This document shows, in pieces, positions 38,890 to 50,430 of a DNA stretch of 64,000 nucleotides. The notes below the pieces were generated by a model. It made no database searches, had not been told where the DNA came from, and worked only from the letters and a program-made list of their open reading frames with translations. The translations under genes were made by a program, and so were the position numbers. Position 1 is the first letter of the stretch; each line of letters starts with the position of its first letter. The stretch is taken from NCBI GenBank assembly GCA_013239625.1, contig MU053881.1, positions 9,261,957-9,325,956 on the forward strand, read 5' to 3'. The stretch is from Lama guanicoe. Lineage: Eukaryota.

Positions 38890-39491
38890 GTGTGTGTCAG
38901 AAACACAGAATCCACTTTCTGGGGGAAAACACCTCAGTTGATGCCTGCATGCTTCTCCTATGCCCTCTCTGATTTCTGGTAACAGCATCCTTATTTTCTT
39001 TGAAGAAGCCTCCCTTCTGTAACCTTAGGGAGCCTCGTCTGGGAGGGATAGCTCCACTGCAGACTCCTGCCGTGGACATGTTAACCAGATCTGGGATGAT
39101 CGTGATGACGTTAATTCAGGGATGAACGTGCCTGAAAAGCAGGCCAGTCAGAGTACCAGGGCTTTGGCTGGAACTATGGTAGAGTAAGGGTCTCATGTCA
39201 CTTATAGCCAGAACTCCAAGATAAGCTGGCCTGAGAGCCAGGGTAACAGAAGAAAAAAGAATTAATGGCTGGGGGAGTGGGTAGGTAGAGAGGGGAAGAG
39301 GGAGAGGGGGAGAGAGAGAGATTTTTCTGGTGTCCTTGTTTTTTGAACCCTGGTATTTAGCTATGCCTGAAGCCATCCATATTCACTCCTTGATCTTCCT
39401 AATTAGATGAGCCAACAAATTCCCTTTCATGTTTATGCCGGTTTGAACTGCAGCTCCTCTCGTTTGAAACAGTAAACACCCTGACTGGTAC
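38890..39491 (+). mobile_element. Old MaLR LTR (MLT1H/J-like)
   Basis: ctatgcctgaagcc...atgagccaacaaattcccttt...ggtttgaactg...ccctgactggtaca is a typical old MLT1 3' end. Confidence 0.75.
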
Positions 39492-41029
39492 AGCTCTTCC
39501 AGTTTGAGAGTGAGTCGAATGCCTGTTGGAAAGGGAAGAGAATGTTCTCACCACCACCGGCTTTCCAAGAACAAATTCCGTTCTCGTGCTACCGAGGAAT
39601 GACTCAAGGGCATCACACTTAACTCCTCTGCCATCCCTTTAATATACCTTTCTTGGTGATCCCCTGTGACCTTGTAACATGATTATAGACATGGATGCTT
39701 TACAAGAAGTGAAAATTCAATTGGAATGATTCAAAGTGACTTTGATAAACTACAATCTGGGGGACGTGCATATTCTTGAAATACACATTTTCATTGATTA
39801 CCTGTGTCCCTAAGCAGTGAAGAGATGGCAAATTAGAAGGCTTAAAACCCTCACAGACAGGGATGGAGGAAGACTCTAAAACACGTTAGTAATTGGTCAG
39901 AGCACGATTCGCCCAGTGAATATTCCAAAATGAATCAGAGCGGCTACGTACCAAAAGATCCCTTTCCCTTTCAAAATTCACACACAGGAAAACTGAATGC
40001 TGAGATGAGTGGACGGCTGAACTGGGTTTGATGTTTCTGCATTGGCTCAATTTACAGTTCATGACTCTAGTCCCTAAATTATCCATTCTTTTGATCCTGA
40101 ATTAATGGTAGATTTGGACTCCAGGGCCCGTCTCTCCCTGGCCTATGAAATACATGAGGGATAAAAGAGATAAAAAGGAGCTTGGCCGGCCTCTAATTTA
40201 ATGACTTCCCTTCGAAATGAATAAACTGAGGTAAAGAAAGTTCAATGTGATTTGTCCAAAGTCACACAACCAGTTAATGACATAGTCATTTTGAAGTTTC
40301 CTGTCTCTTATTCTTATAATGAGATTCAGAGATGTTCAGAATGCTAGGTTTCATTATCAAAGGAAAAAGATAGATATGTCTTTTTTTTTTTTTTAAACTC
40401 CTCAAGCAATAGTGACCAGGCATGCTTAACCATTTCTTTCTTCAGTTACTGGTGGAAGATGGGTTTTCTGAGACAAAAAGAGTGGGCCATTTCAAGAAAA
40501 CAAGTGTATTAGAAAGAGAATTTTTGAGTCTTTACATGAGCTGGAAAGCTTTAAAAACTCTATTTAAAAAAAAATGATTTAACCTGTTGTTGCCAGCTTC
40601 TATTTTACTCAGTTATATAAGGAACTGAAGCTTCCAAAGGCAGTTACAATATATTGTGAAGTTCTCTCTCTGGGCTGTTTCCCATTTCTCACCCCACTTT
40701 GCTTGCTCTCTCTATCTCTCTTCCTCCATCCCTGGAAGTCTGACATGCTGTCAGAAAGCTCACCTCCTTACTCAGCTCCCCCCTCACCTACAGAAAGGCA
40801 TTTACCTTCGCACATCTGCCATGTTGGCTTCCGACAATAAGATTCTGAACTTATTGTCAGCAAGTCTGATTTAATATCAGCACAGAGGCATTAAATTAAA
40901 TAGATCCACGCATCAGGGTTCGAAGTAACCTGGGCAGGCATTCTGAATAAGGTGCGTGCCTAAGTCTCCTTTCCAATTTCCAACACATTCCATTTTCACC
41001 ACACCTCCTTTGCTACTGATGTAGCAGGA

Positions 41030-41285
41030 AACCACAGCATAACTAGATTCTGGTCTCATTCTAGCTACAAACTGGCTCTGTCACTCTGGGTTACCCACAT
41101 CTTTCCTCTGCGTTTCTGTTTCCAACCATAAGAGAAGAGGCTAAACTGAGCATTCATTTACTGATAAATCTGACAAATATTCAGTGAATTCCCACTATGC
41201 CCTGGGCATGTATAATTCACTGATGAGAAAAGACCAGAGAGCCACAGCCACCCTCCTCCCACAGAACCTTCCAGTCTAGGGCCAC
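41030..41285. mobile_element. Adjacent MIR (+) and L2 3' (-) fragments
   Basis: ctggctctgtcactctggg...ctctgcgtttctgtttcc; cattcatttactgataaa...cccactatgccctgggca. Confidence 0.55.
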
Positions 41286-42739
41286 ATTAATTTCTAACTT
41301 TTAATGCATGTATATTTACAAAGAGCCAATTCTTTAGGAAATTTTGGGGGGAAAAATTTTTGCCCATCACTCTACCTGGAAGCCAGAAGCAAGCACATAA
41401 CTGACTTGAACTAATGTTTGCAAATTCTATTAGGTGGTTTATTAAACCCAAGCTTTATTTTTTTTCGTAAGTCACTACTGTACCTACGTAGGCAGTGTTT
41501 GATGCTCTGATTTAACTCTTGAGTCATAGAAAAAGCCATCACTTCCCCTCCCCAAATGAGGAAACCTTCATGGACTGCAGCCTTCGGGAAGACACTTATT
41601 ATCTGGCACCTGCTCCCAAAATTACCCTTGAGAAAGGCAGCGTCATCCCACGGGCCTCAGACAAGTGTGGAAGCGAGAGGAAAAAGAGCAGGACAGGATT
41701 GGTACGATGACCCGGGCTATTCTTTTCAGTTTCTCTCATTTCAGTACAGAATCCCTTACTTCAGAGACTGCCTTCATACAGATGAAACAAACACTAGTAA
41801 TGATGGGGAGAGGGAGATGCTGCAAGAAGAGGCCCAGGTATCTGAATCATGAAGACAAAGACCCTTTACATAGTTTCCAGTCGCTTCTTTCTGGCACCAC
41901 ACTGTCTAGTCATATAAAGCTGTAATTGAAACCATGTGGCGTGTGCACAGGGCTCATTACAGGCTCCTCCAGAGTAATCTCATGGCCAAGTCCTGTGGGG
42001 AGACTCGACAATCTTGGGGTCAAGATATCATCGCTTAAATATGAGAAACGATACACGGACTTGCCTCCTCAAGGAAAACAAAACTGGTTTGAATTTAGTG
42101 TGTACAGATAAAGACTTTTGTTCCCAGGTACACGTTTATGATTTTATTGACATCTTCTATAAAAGAGGAAATACACTGTATGCAATAGTGTAGCAATTCA
42201 CTTTATAATATTAAAAGGTAGCAGTTATAATAATGTTTAAAACAGTGATTTTTAAAAAATTAGAAACGATATATTCTTGCAAAATATTGCATTAACAATA
42301 GATATCAACACATTAAAGAGCCAGGAACAGTGAAATATGATGGGGTATTAATAGTAATATCCCACAGAGAAACATCCTTACTTTTTGACTAATAAGTCAT
42401 ACCACCCATTAAGGTATCTAATTTAGCACTGAGTGAAAGTCGTGAGAACTAAGCTGAGTTAGTGCCGGCTGAGAATGAGGGGAAAGTTGCGAACATCCAT
42501 TCTGATGTGAACCTGAGCCCCTCCTTGTGAGCTGAGATCATCTGCCGCCCCAATGGTACTTACTTTCTTCCCTAACGCTCCCAACATTAGCTGTTCCTTA
42601 AGACTTACCAACTTGAAAGAGTCCATAGACCTCTGAATGTAAGTACACACGTACGGGAAGTCAAAGAACAGCTTACAGTTCTGACAGTCTTACTTCCTCC
42701 ATCCACCCCTCACAGATCAGGACCTATGCATGCGCATCC

Positions 42740-43240
42740 AAGAAAAGACACAGTTCTTGGCATAAGGAAAATAAAACGAAGTTTGACAAGGTCCTTGCTC
42801 TCCTGGGACTTACATTCTAGCAGCAGGGAGGTCATTAGCAGGTAAACGCACAGGGTACATTTTGCAAATAATGAGTCATAAGGAAAATAAAGCAGGAAAA
42901 CACGATCACCTGTGTTAAGGGATGAGGAAGGGGAGGAAGAGAGACATTTGGGATGTTTGCTCAGTGGTGACAAAACGAGTCCTGTGAAAAGCCAGGAAGA
43001 GTGTTCCAGTGATGGAGAAAGACAAGCACAAAGGCCCTTGAGCGAAAAATGAGCATGCATTTTTTTGAGAAAAATAAAAATAGCTTTATTCATATACACA
43101 TATATACATATTCACTCTTTAAAAACTATACATCTGTACATGTATACATGTATAGTTTTTAAAGAGTGAGCAAAAAGAGGTTTCATATTTGAAGCTGGGG
43201 GAGCAGGCAGAGCCCGGAACATGAAGATATTTAAAAACTA
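42740..43240 (-). mobile_element. LINE-2 fragment
   Basis: acaaggtccttgctctcctgggacttacattctag...gaagagtgttccag...caagcacaaaggcccttgag. Confidence 0.75.
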
Positions 43241-43254
43241 TATGAACTGCTTTT

Positions 43255-43418
43255 TCCCATCCATCCATCTACCCATTCATCCATCCAACCATCCATCCAT
43301 CCTTCCAAATATGTCTCATACGAGACAAAGGGACCACTTTATTTCTTTTCTTAATGAAAATGTGCTTCAACCCAGTGTACATCTGAAATTACAAAGGACT
43401 GACATACCAAAGAATACA

Positions 43419-43453
<35 letters not shown>

Positions 43454-43460
43454 TCTCTCA
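43255..43460. repeat. (CATC)n tract (~43257-43302) and (CA)n tract (~43422-43450)
   Basis: Directly visible. Confidence 0.9.
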
Positions 43461-43940
43461 CATATCTTTGGTACCTGAACACGTAGCCACAGCGTGGCCA
43501 GTCTCAGCTGTAGCCACAACCCAGAAGGTACCCTTCACTCCCGTTGAGGTACCGAGAGCCACTCAACCTGGGAGCCTGGGCGCATCCACCCACCTTCACC
43601 TCCCACTCCCCATAACTTCTCATTATCACGGTGTCAGCACTGTAGCCTGTGAACCTCTTCACTGCCCAGGCTGACAGGCAGGATCTGCTTATCAATTGGC
43701 CAGTGTTTCGTTTCACTGCTGTCTGCAACACCAGACTCTTATTTTTTCTCATCCCGAGAACCAGCGCTGAGTACCCCCAGTAAAGGCAGCGGGCACACAC
43801 CCTAGCACTGCCTGCATTCTGTAGCTTTCACATCTAAATTGGTCACATTACAATTTCAGTTGGAAAGTAACTGCAAATTTTTATTTTCCCACACTCAATG
43901 CTTTCATAGTCCATCTTTAAAAAAAAAATAAATGCCTTAC

Positions 43941-43994
43941 CAGAGAAGAAGGTGGAAATAAAATTCTTTTACAGGTTAAGGACAGTTAGCATAC
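43941..43994 (-). other. Candidate 54-nt non-coding exon
   Basis: Minus strand reads actctactgtag|GTATGC...TTCTCTG|gtaagg. Stop codons in all three frames. No transcript evidence available. Confidence 0.3.
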
Positions 43995-44579
43995 CTACAG
44001 TAGAGTGTGTTTATAAATGATGGGCTGTTTTTGTTTTTTGTTTTTTTTTTTTCTTTTTCTTTTGGCATTGTTCAGCTACGTAGGGCTAAGAACCACAAGA
44101 ACTTGGTTAGGAAATCGCTGAATTGTTCTTCCACTGCCATAAGAACTCATGCAAGTTTACCATCTTGCATTATAAAGTGATTTTACTGAAATTAAGGCAT
44201 TTTAGTTCCCAGTTATTTGGCCATAGAAACTTTCTTGGTGCGTTTCTGCAAAACCAGTTCCGTTGATAATAAATGCATTTAATTTTCATTCTAACGTGGT
44301 ATGTCTTGCTCCCTGGTGCTATGTGTTGGCTGACAGCATCAACTTTTGCACATCCCTAATCAAATTTTGTCTAACAAAAAGCTGAACTAAGCATATTTGT
44401 TTTCCTATTTATAGCAGCATGTGCTTACATAACATATGAGGTAGCGAGATTAAAAAAAAAAATCCAAATCTTAAAATGCATTCATTATGTTTAGTTTAAA
44501 TAAAAGCTATGTTCTCCCATTAAAAAGAATATTAAAAACAATTGGATGCAGATAGAAGCTTATTGCTTATTTTCCAACC

Positions 44580-45200
44580 AGTATAACCGCTGTGTTCATC
44601 CACAATAAAACAGAACAGTGGGCAGGAATTTATTGCTCCTCGGGAAAATTTTTCCCCACCCTCCCCATTTGCACAGTTGCCCTGGCACGACGCCCCTCTC
44701 ACGTGGCACACAAGTCTCTTTGGTCGCCGGAGTACAGTACTGAATTATTACAATGTAGCCGGGGAGGGAGGGGTGTACCATTGTGCTGCATATAGGAAGC
44801 GATTTCTCTATATCAATAATTCTGACTGCCACTGGGAACCACTGTAGCTGAAACAGATGTTTCATGTTGATAAGTGGGGACTGGGAAAGGAATTTTTATC
44901 CCACTGTTCATTTTTCTCTATTTCCACTCCCCGTACCTGGCAGCGGCTCCTCCAGTACAGCTGTCTCTCGCAAGCCAATCTGTTCAATCCAGGCTCCCAG
45001 GTCTCATTTCATAAATCAAACTCAGCCCCGGACAAGCCACAGTCTCAGAGTACCTGCGCCACTCTCAGCGGCGGCAATGCCTCTGTCACAATGAGAGACA
45101 CCAGGCCAATTGTGCTGAAATTAGCGCATCGTCAGAAGTCATTAAGAAAGACAGCCTGGGCAGGGGATCTTCGTGGTATTCCGCATTAACCGTTGAGGAG
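44580..45200. promoter_or_regulatory. CpG-enriched, repeat-free promoter/enhancer-like block
   Basis: About 20 CpGs in ~620 bp against a CpG-poor background. Contains CACGTG (44700), E-box-N9-GATA (44854-44873), TGATTTATGA on the minus strand (45009-45018) and SOX-like CATTGT/ACAATG sites. Confidence 0.5.
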
Positions 45201-45589
45201 GTGGAGAATCACATAGGTGGCATTTTGCACTAGGCATTCACCTTCAAATGCAGCATCTGGGAGAAAGCCCAGAATTTCCCCGGGGAAGAAGTTCCAGGCC
45301 ATTCCACTGGGGTCAGGTGCCACTGCTCATGTTTGCAAAGCATTCCCTCGTCCTTTTCACTGGAAATCAAACTTTACTGGCTGAGCCTTGGGTCAGAGAT
45401 GCTTGCTCAACTCTGGGTTGTAACAGCTCAGTCGCTCGGTGAGGATCAAGGGAGATGCTTGTTAAATTAACTGGGAAAAAAATTGCTCAAGAGCGAACTA
45501 TTTCACCACACTCTAACAGAGACTAATTTAAATGCAATTTCAACTTACTTTAATAACGAAGTACATATCATGTAGTAATTATTTAAAAC

Positions 45590-45800
45590 ACTTACCGTTT
45601 ATTAAGTACCCATTATGGGCCAGGGATTCTGCCAAATTCTTAACACATGCTGCCTTACTTAATCTGCACGATAATCTCTGCAGTGGGATTTGCTCTCCCC
45701 TCCCCACAGAGTAGGAAATTCGAGAGGTTCCGAGGCTTACTTAACGTAGCTAAACTTCAAAAACCAGATCTAAAAAGTTCTAAAGCCCACAGTCATGTTT
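45590..45800 (-). mobile_element. MIR SINE
   Basis: gtttattaagtacccattatgggccaggg...cttaatctgcacgataatctctg. Confidence 0.7.
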
Positions 45801-46914
45801 CTGTTAATTCTGATACTCTGTGCGTGTGTGTGTATTTGTTTTCAAGACTGAGATGGGACTGATGAGTGAAACAATTAAAATGTAAGTTGTGTTACCAAAG
45901 GTAGGCATTCCATGGGTAGCAACTCCCCTAAAAGTTTAGGTGTTCACTGCCTAATTTTTATAAGATTATTGTGTGTTTGAAGACAGTCAGCATAAAACTT
46001 TGAAAAATGGTTAGGGATAATAGCTCAGGGCAAAAGGTGATGAGAGGGAGGTGAAGGTAGGTGTCTGGAGTTCATGAACCCCTGCTGGCGGAGCGTGATG
46101 CGTCAGTTCCAAGTCACATATTTAGAAAGGCATCAGAAATTAACACACTTTGGCCCAGGAGATGTGTGGCTAGACTTTTTGAATGATAAATTCTCCAAAT
46201 TGGAAGGCGGAGCAATTTAATCGATGCCAAACAAACAGACAAACTGGGGCAAAAAGCCACTAGTTTTATTTGTAGATCTCTTCCAGGCTCCAGAGGTAGG
46301 GCACCAGGAGGGAGTGCTGACAAGAGCGATTCAGAACTGCTTTCAGTTGGTCTGAATAGACCCAGTCAAGAGGCAAGAAAGGGAGTAGATGGCTTTTCAA
46401 TGTTCCCTCAATTTCTAAAGTCCAAGAGAAAAGAGAGAAAAAAAAAAACCAAACAAAACCAAACCTCAGCAAGAAGCAGAATTCAAATTGTTTACAATTT
46501 TTTTTCATTCCAACTCATGTCACTTTGACTTAAATCTCAGTCGTTAATTCATACGGTCAACACATGGTTTCATGAAAACAGGAAGCCACCTTCCTGTTAC
46601 TCAGCGTTACCACCAGACCCCCAGCTGAAGAGGTCCACCAAACCCCAGGGAAGATGAAACGTTTCAGCACAACATCAGTTACGTACAATGACACCGTTTA
46701 GCCACAGCGATTAGCACGTACAGAAGCACCAAGGAGAAGCCAGGCTAGACTGAACAGACAGCCATCAAGGGTCTGAAAATCAGATGGCTTTTCTCCATTT
46801 ATTTTCCTGCTCCATTTGTGGTGTCCAGACGAGGGACGGCTTAGGCAGCCTCACCATGGAATAAGCAGTGTTCGAGCCAACACTCTCAGTGTTGGATCCA
46901 GGCAAGCAATGGCT

Positions 46915-47140
46915 GAGGGCTTGGAAAACCATAGCATTTGCTCTCTGAAGACCTGGAATCAATTCTGCCTTTGCCACACCCTGGCTCACGATTCTAGGTT
47001 AGTGACGCCCTCCTCAGATTTTTTTTCCAGGTATAAAATGGGGATGATGAGACCAACCTTGCCGTGCTGCTGGGAGAATAAAACGGATGTACAATGTCCC
47101 TTTATGACAGCTTTATTTGTTTGCTACTGAGTTATTCATA
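46915..47140 (+). mobile_element. MIR SINE
   Basis: agacctggaatcaattctgcctttgccac...cctcagattt...tataaaatggggatgatga. Confidence 0.7.
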
Positions 47141-47479
47141 GTTCTTACTTCTGTCTTGAATACAATTGCTTTGAAATGACTTGCTTTTAATTTGTTTCCT
47201 CTCCAGGGATGGGCACTCACTGAGAGCAGAGACAACTTTGCAACTATGTTTATGTCCAATATCTCTGCCCAGAAGTAGGACAAAGCCTGCTTCGTGTGTG
47301 TAAAATCAATAAACAGATGAATGGCTAACATCTGTCTCTTACGATGAAGACTTTAGACAGGACATTTGTTAATGTTGGCATTATTTATTTACACTCTACA
47401 CTGGGAAATTTGGGGACATCTAAAGATGCTTTTGACTACTCTTACTAGTTCTGCTAGTACCAATGCCATGAGTATAAAC

Positions 47480-47680
47480 ACGTGATATTGATGGAGCACT
47501 AAATATAAGCACTTTTTAAAGTGTTTTATGGATACTAACTCTTAAGTCTCTCCTTAACCCCACAAGGTAGGTGTCGTTATACACAGTTTTCCAAAGGGCG
47601 AAATCGAGGCACAGAGAGATTTGAGCTTGTGATCACTTGAATGTCAATAACGAATAATATGTATAATTCAACATGTGTCT
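47480..47680 (-). mobile_element. MIR SINE
   Basis: aaccccacaaggtaggtgtcgttat...aaatcgaggcacagagag. Confidence 0.7.
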
Positions 47681-49068
47681 TCGTCTGATAATACTGATGG
47701 TGTGACAATCTTTCCAGGAACACATTTTCAATACAGTAATTTGTTTTAATATCCGCCCAAATGTTCATTTATGTCACAAGCTGACTGAGCTTTGACCTAG
47801 CACGGGGTATTTTAGCTACAGGTTGAAGACACAAAGTTCCTTGCCTGTTTCCTGGCCAGTATAAACTCTCACTCGTGTGTTTATTCTCTGAATAAAATTA
47901 CTGCCAACAATATGATAGGAACTAGTGTTAAGTTGAAGAACTGCAGGAACTTTTGGAAGAGAAATCTGCTTTTATTTATCCAGAACCAGCAACCTACCTC
48001 TGGGCGAGTTCTTTCTCTACGTGAGGGATAAGCCGGGATGCCTCTTTTAACGTGTATTTGTTCAAGGTGTGATAACTTCTGTTTTTATTTTAGGTATTCG
48101 CTAACAGTAGGGTCTGATTTTTCTCCAGACAGTTCATTACTTTTATATTGAAACTTGATTGTCCCCAAATGTCTGACTTTTCCTGGTTGAGAGCTTATTC
48201 ATTTGTTACATGTGAAAGTCACCAATGTAATTTTTTTTTACTATAACAGAGTTCAAGACAGTGTGCGTGTGTCTGTGTGTGTACATACATATGACTTTGA
48301 GACAAATTTACTGGATATTTGATGTGTGGAAATATATAAAAAATTAATATTATAAGTTGTTTAAGACTTTGTAGTTCTTCTTTATGACTCTGCTGTTAAA
48401 ATTTGAGGCTGGCAGTATTTTCTTGCATTAGTAAAACCTCCTAAGGTTATCTTACTTATCTACCACCATAACACCAGTCACTATGAAGTGAGGAAACATA
48501 AAATATAACTATTAAACATTTATTTGCCAATGAATATGCAAATATTTAATGCTATTTTAAGTAAGTCTTTCTGAACTTAATGAATTAACTTACTGGGATA
48601 AAATGACAAATGTTTTGAGTAATCGTAAGACAGATTATTTTTTTACCATTAAATCAAACACTACAAAAATTCATAAACCCTAATTTAGCTGTCTTTTTTA
48701 AGTTTTAAAAGTTAGAGTTACTATGTGTAATAAGCTCCCTTTTTCCAAGATAAAGGAGATATTATTTCAGTGACACATTAGAGAATAATAGCAAACAAAA
48801 GACACTGTTTACATTAGTCTAATTTTTTCCCAGTTAAGATGTTCTTCAGAAGTACTTGTACTATAATCCTCACCTCTTTCAGGACAAACAAAAATATTTT
48901 ATCAACAACATTTCATGGTACATTTCCCACCATTGAAATCTATCTGCTAAGGCAATTATTAAAAGTTCTTTAGTAATAAAAATGCAGGATTCATATATCT
49001 ACTCACAAACTAGTTCTCAAACTTTCAGAATTCAGTCTGTGTCAGATTATGTATGTACATAGTAGCCC

Positions 49069-49292
49069 CAGGGTAGGTAAATCTTTTCTGTAAAGGGCCA
49101 GGCAGCAAATAATTTAGGCTTTGCATCAGATGGCCCCATAGTTGCAACTTCTCATCGCAGTCTTTGTAAGCCAAGCAGCCAGAGACAATACAAAGGTAAG
49201 TGGACTTTGTTTAATTGCCCTGTTAAAGCTTTACTTACAAAAACAAGCTTTGGTCTGGATTTGACACACAGATGGTAACTTCCTGAGCACTG
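49069..49292. mobile_element. MER58A hAT-Charlie MITE
   Basis: cagggtaggtaaatcttttctgtaaagggccagg...ttaggctttgca...tttacttacaaaaacaag...ggatttgac...cactg; ~224 bp. Confidence 0.85.
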
Positions 49293-49949
49293 CCAGACCA
49301 GCATCACTGAGTCCATGTAGAAACCAACCATCACTGCATGGGCACTCCCTTTCCTGGACTTTATGATTTCAAAATGTTGAACAGATAGAGAAAATATCGA
49401 GCTATTGAAAGGTCCTGACCACCTGAAAGACTCTCACAGAATTACAAACCTTATCCTCATTTCCATCTCAACCTGAGTGGCCCATTTTAAAGGAATTCAA
49501 GCGGTGTGACCTTCTGTGCTGTATACACAGCAACTTCATTCTTAGCCCAGTAAAGGTAATGTTTCATAACCCATTCCTATATAAGCAAGTTGGCCAACTC
49601 CAAATCAAGACACCTGTATAACTGGGTCAGGAGTCCTACGTCTTCATAACCAGCCTGTGATAAACTCAACAGGGTGCTCACACAGCTAACTGATCCCTTG
49701 TCCTGAGAAGGTCAGAGGTCAGGGCTCTCACTGAAATCTCAACACATTATGTCATTTCTCCTTTTGCTCATCTAGTCATTCTAAGGCATAGGCAAATCAT
49801 GCAATTTTTGAAAAATGTCTCAAAGATCTCAAATCTCTAAGACATTTTAAGTTCTTTTAAAATTATTATTTTTATTAGAACAGTTAACTCATTCACTGTG
49901 TAGATTTTTAAAAAAATGAACCAAGAAATGATAAAAATATTTTTGTTCT

Positions 49950-50430
49950 GATAAAACTGGCAGATAAAGGCCAAGCTCTCATAGCAACAACAGTATCAAG
50001 TGTTGGTAAGATCGGAGGGAAGTAGACATCTCTTAAGCTAGTGGTGGAGGCTTGCGTGGTACAGCAACTTTGAGGACAACGAGACAGTATTTCTTAAAAC
50101 TAAAAACTGACATCCCTGTAATCTAGCAAATCCATTTCCAGGCATCAACCTTGGAGAGCCACTCACACATGTGTAAGGGTGTTCAACACAGCATTTTGTG
50201 TAATATAAAAAACTGCCAATAATATGAACATTCATCATTAGGAAATGGTTACATAAATGATTCATTCATGTAATATAATGCTATCAACAGTTGAAAGGAA
50301 TGAAACCTAGTTATGTTATTGATATGTCATGACCCTGTCTCAGAAAACATCACTGAATGAAAAGACAAGTTAAAAAAATGATAGGAATTTATAAAAATGA
50401 TTACTTGTAGGGAAGTGAAAAATAGGATTG
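49950..50430 (+). mobile_element. Old L1 (L1ME-like) 3' fragment
   Basis: tatcaagtgttggtaagat...tggtacagcaactttg...gtgttcaacacagcattttgtgtaata. Confidence 0.7.

Noticed and set aside
39268..39320. G-rich tract as a functional G-quadruplex
   Set aside because: A purine-rich simple expansion inside an old MLT1 LTR, with no supporting context.
48075..48100. Plus-strand polypyrimidine AG|GT site (a similar one at ~55487)
   Set aside because: The following hexamers (GTATTC, GTACAG) are weak donors with no well-defined downstream exon; expected by chance in T-rich DNA.
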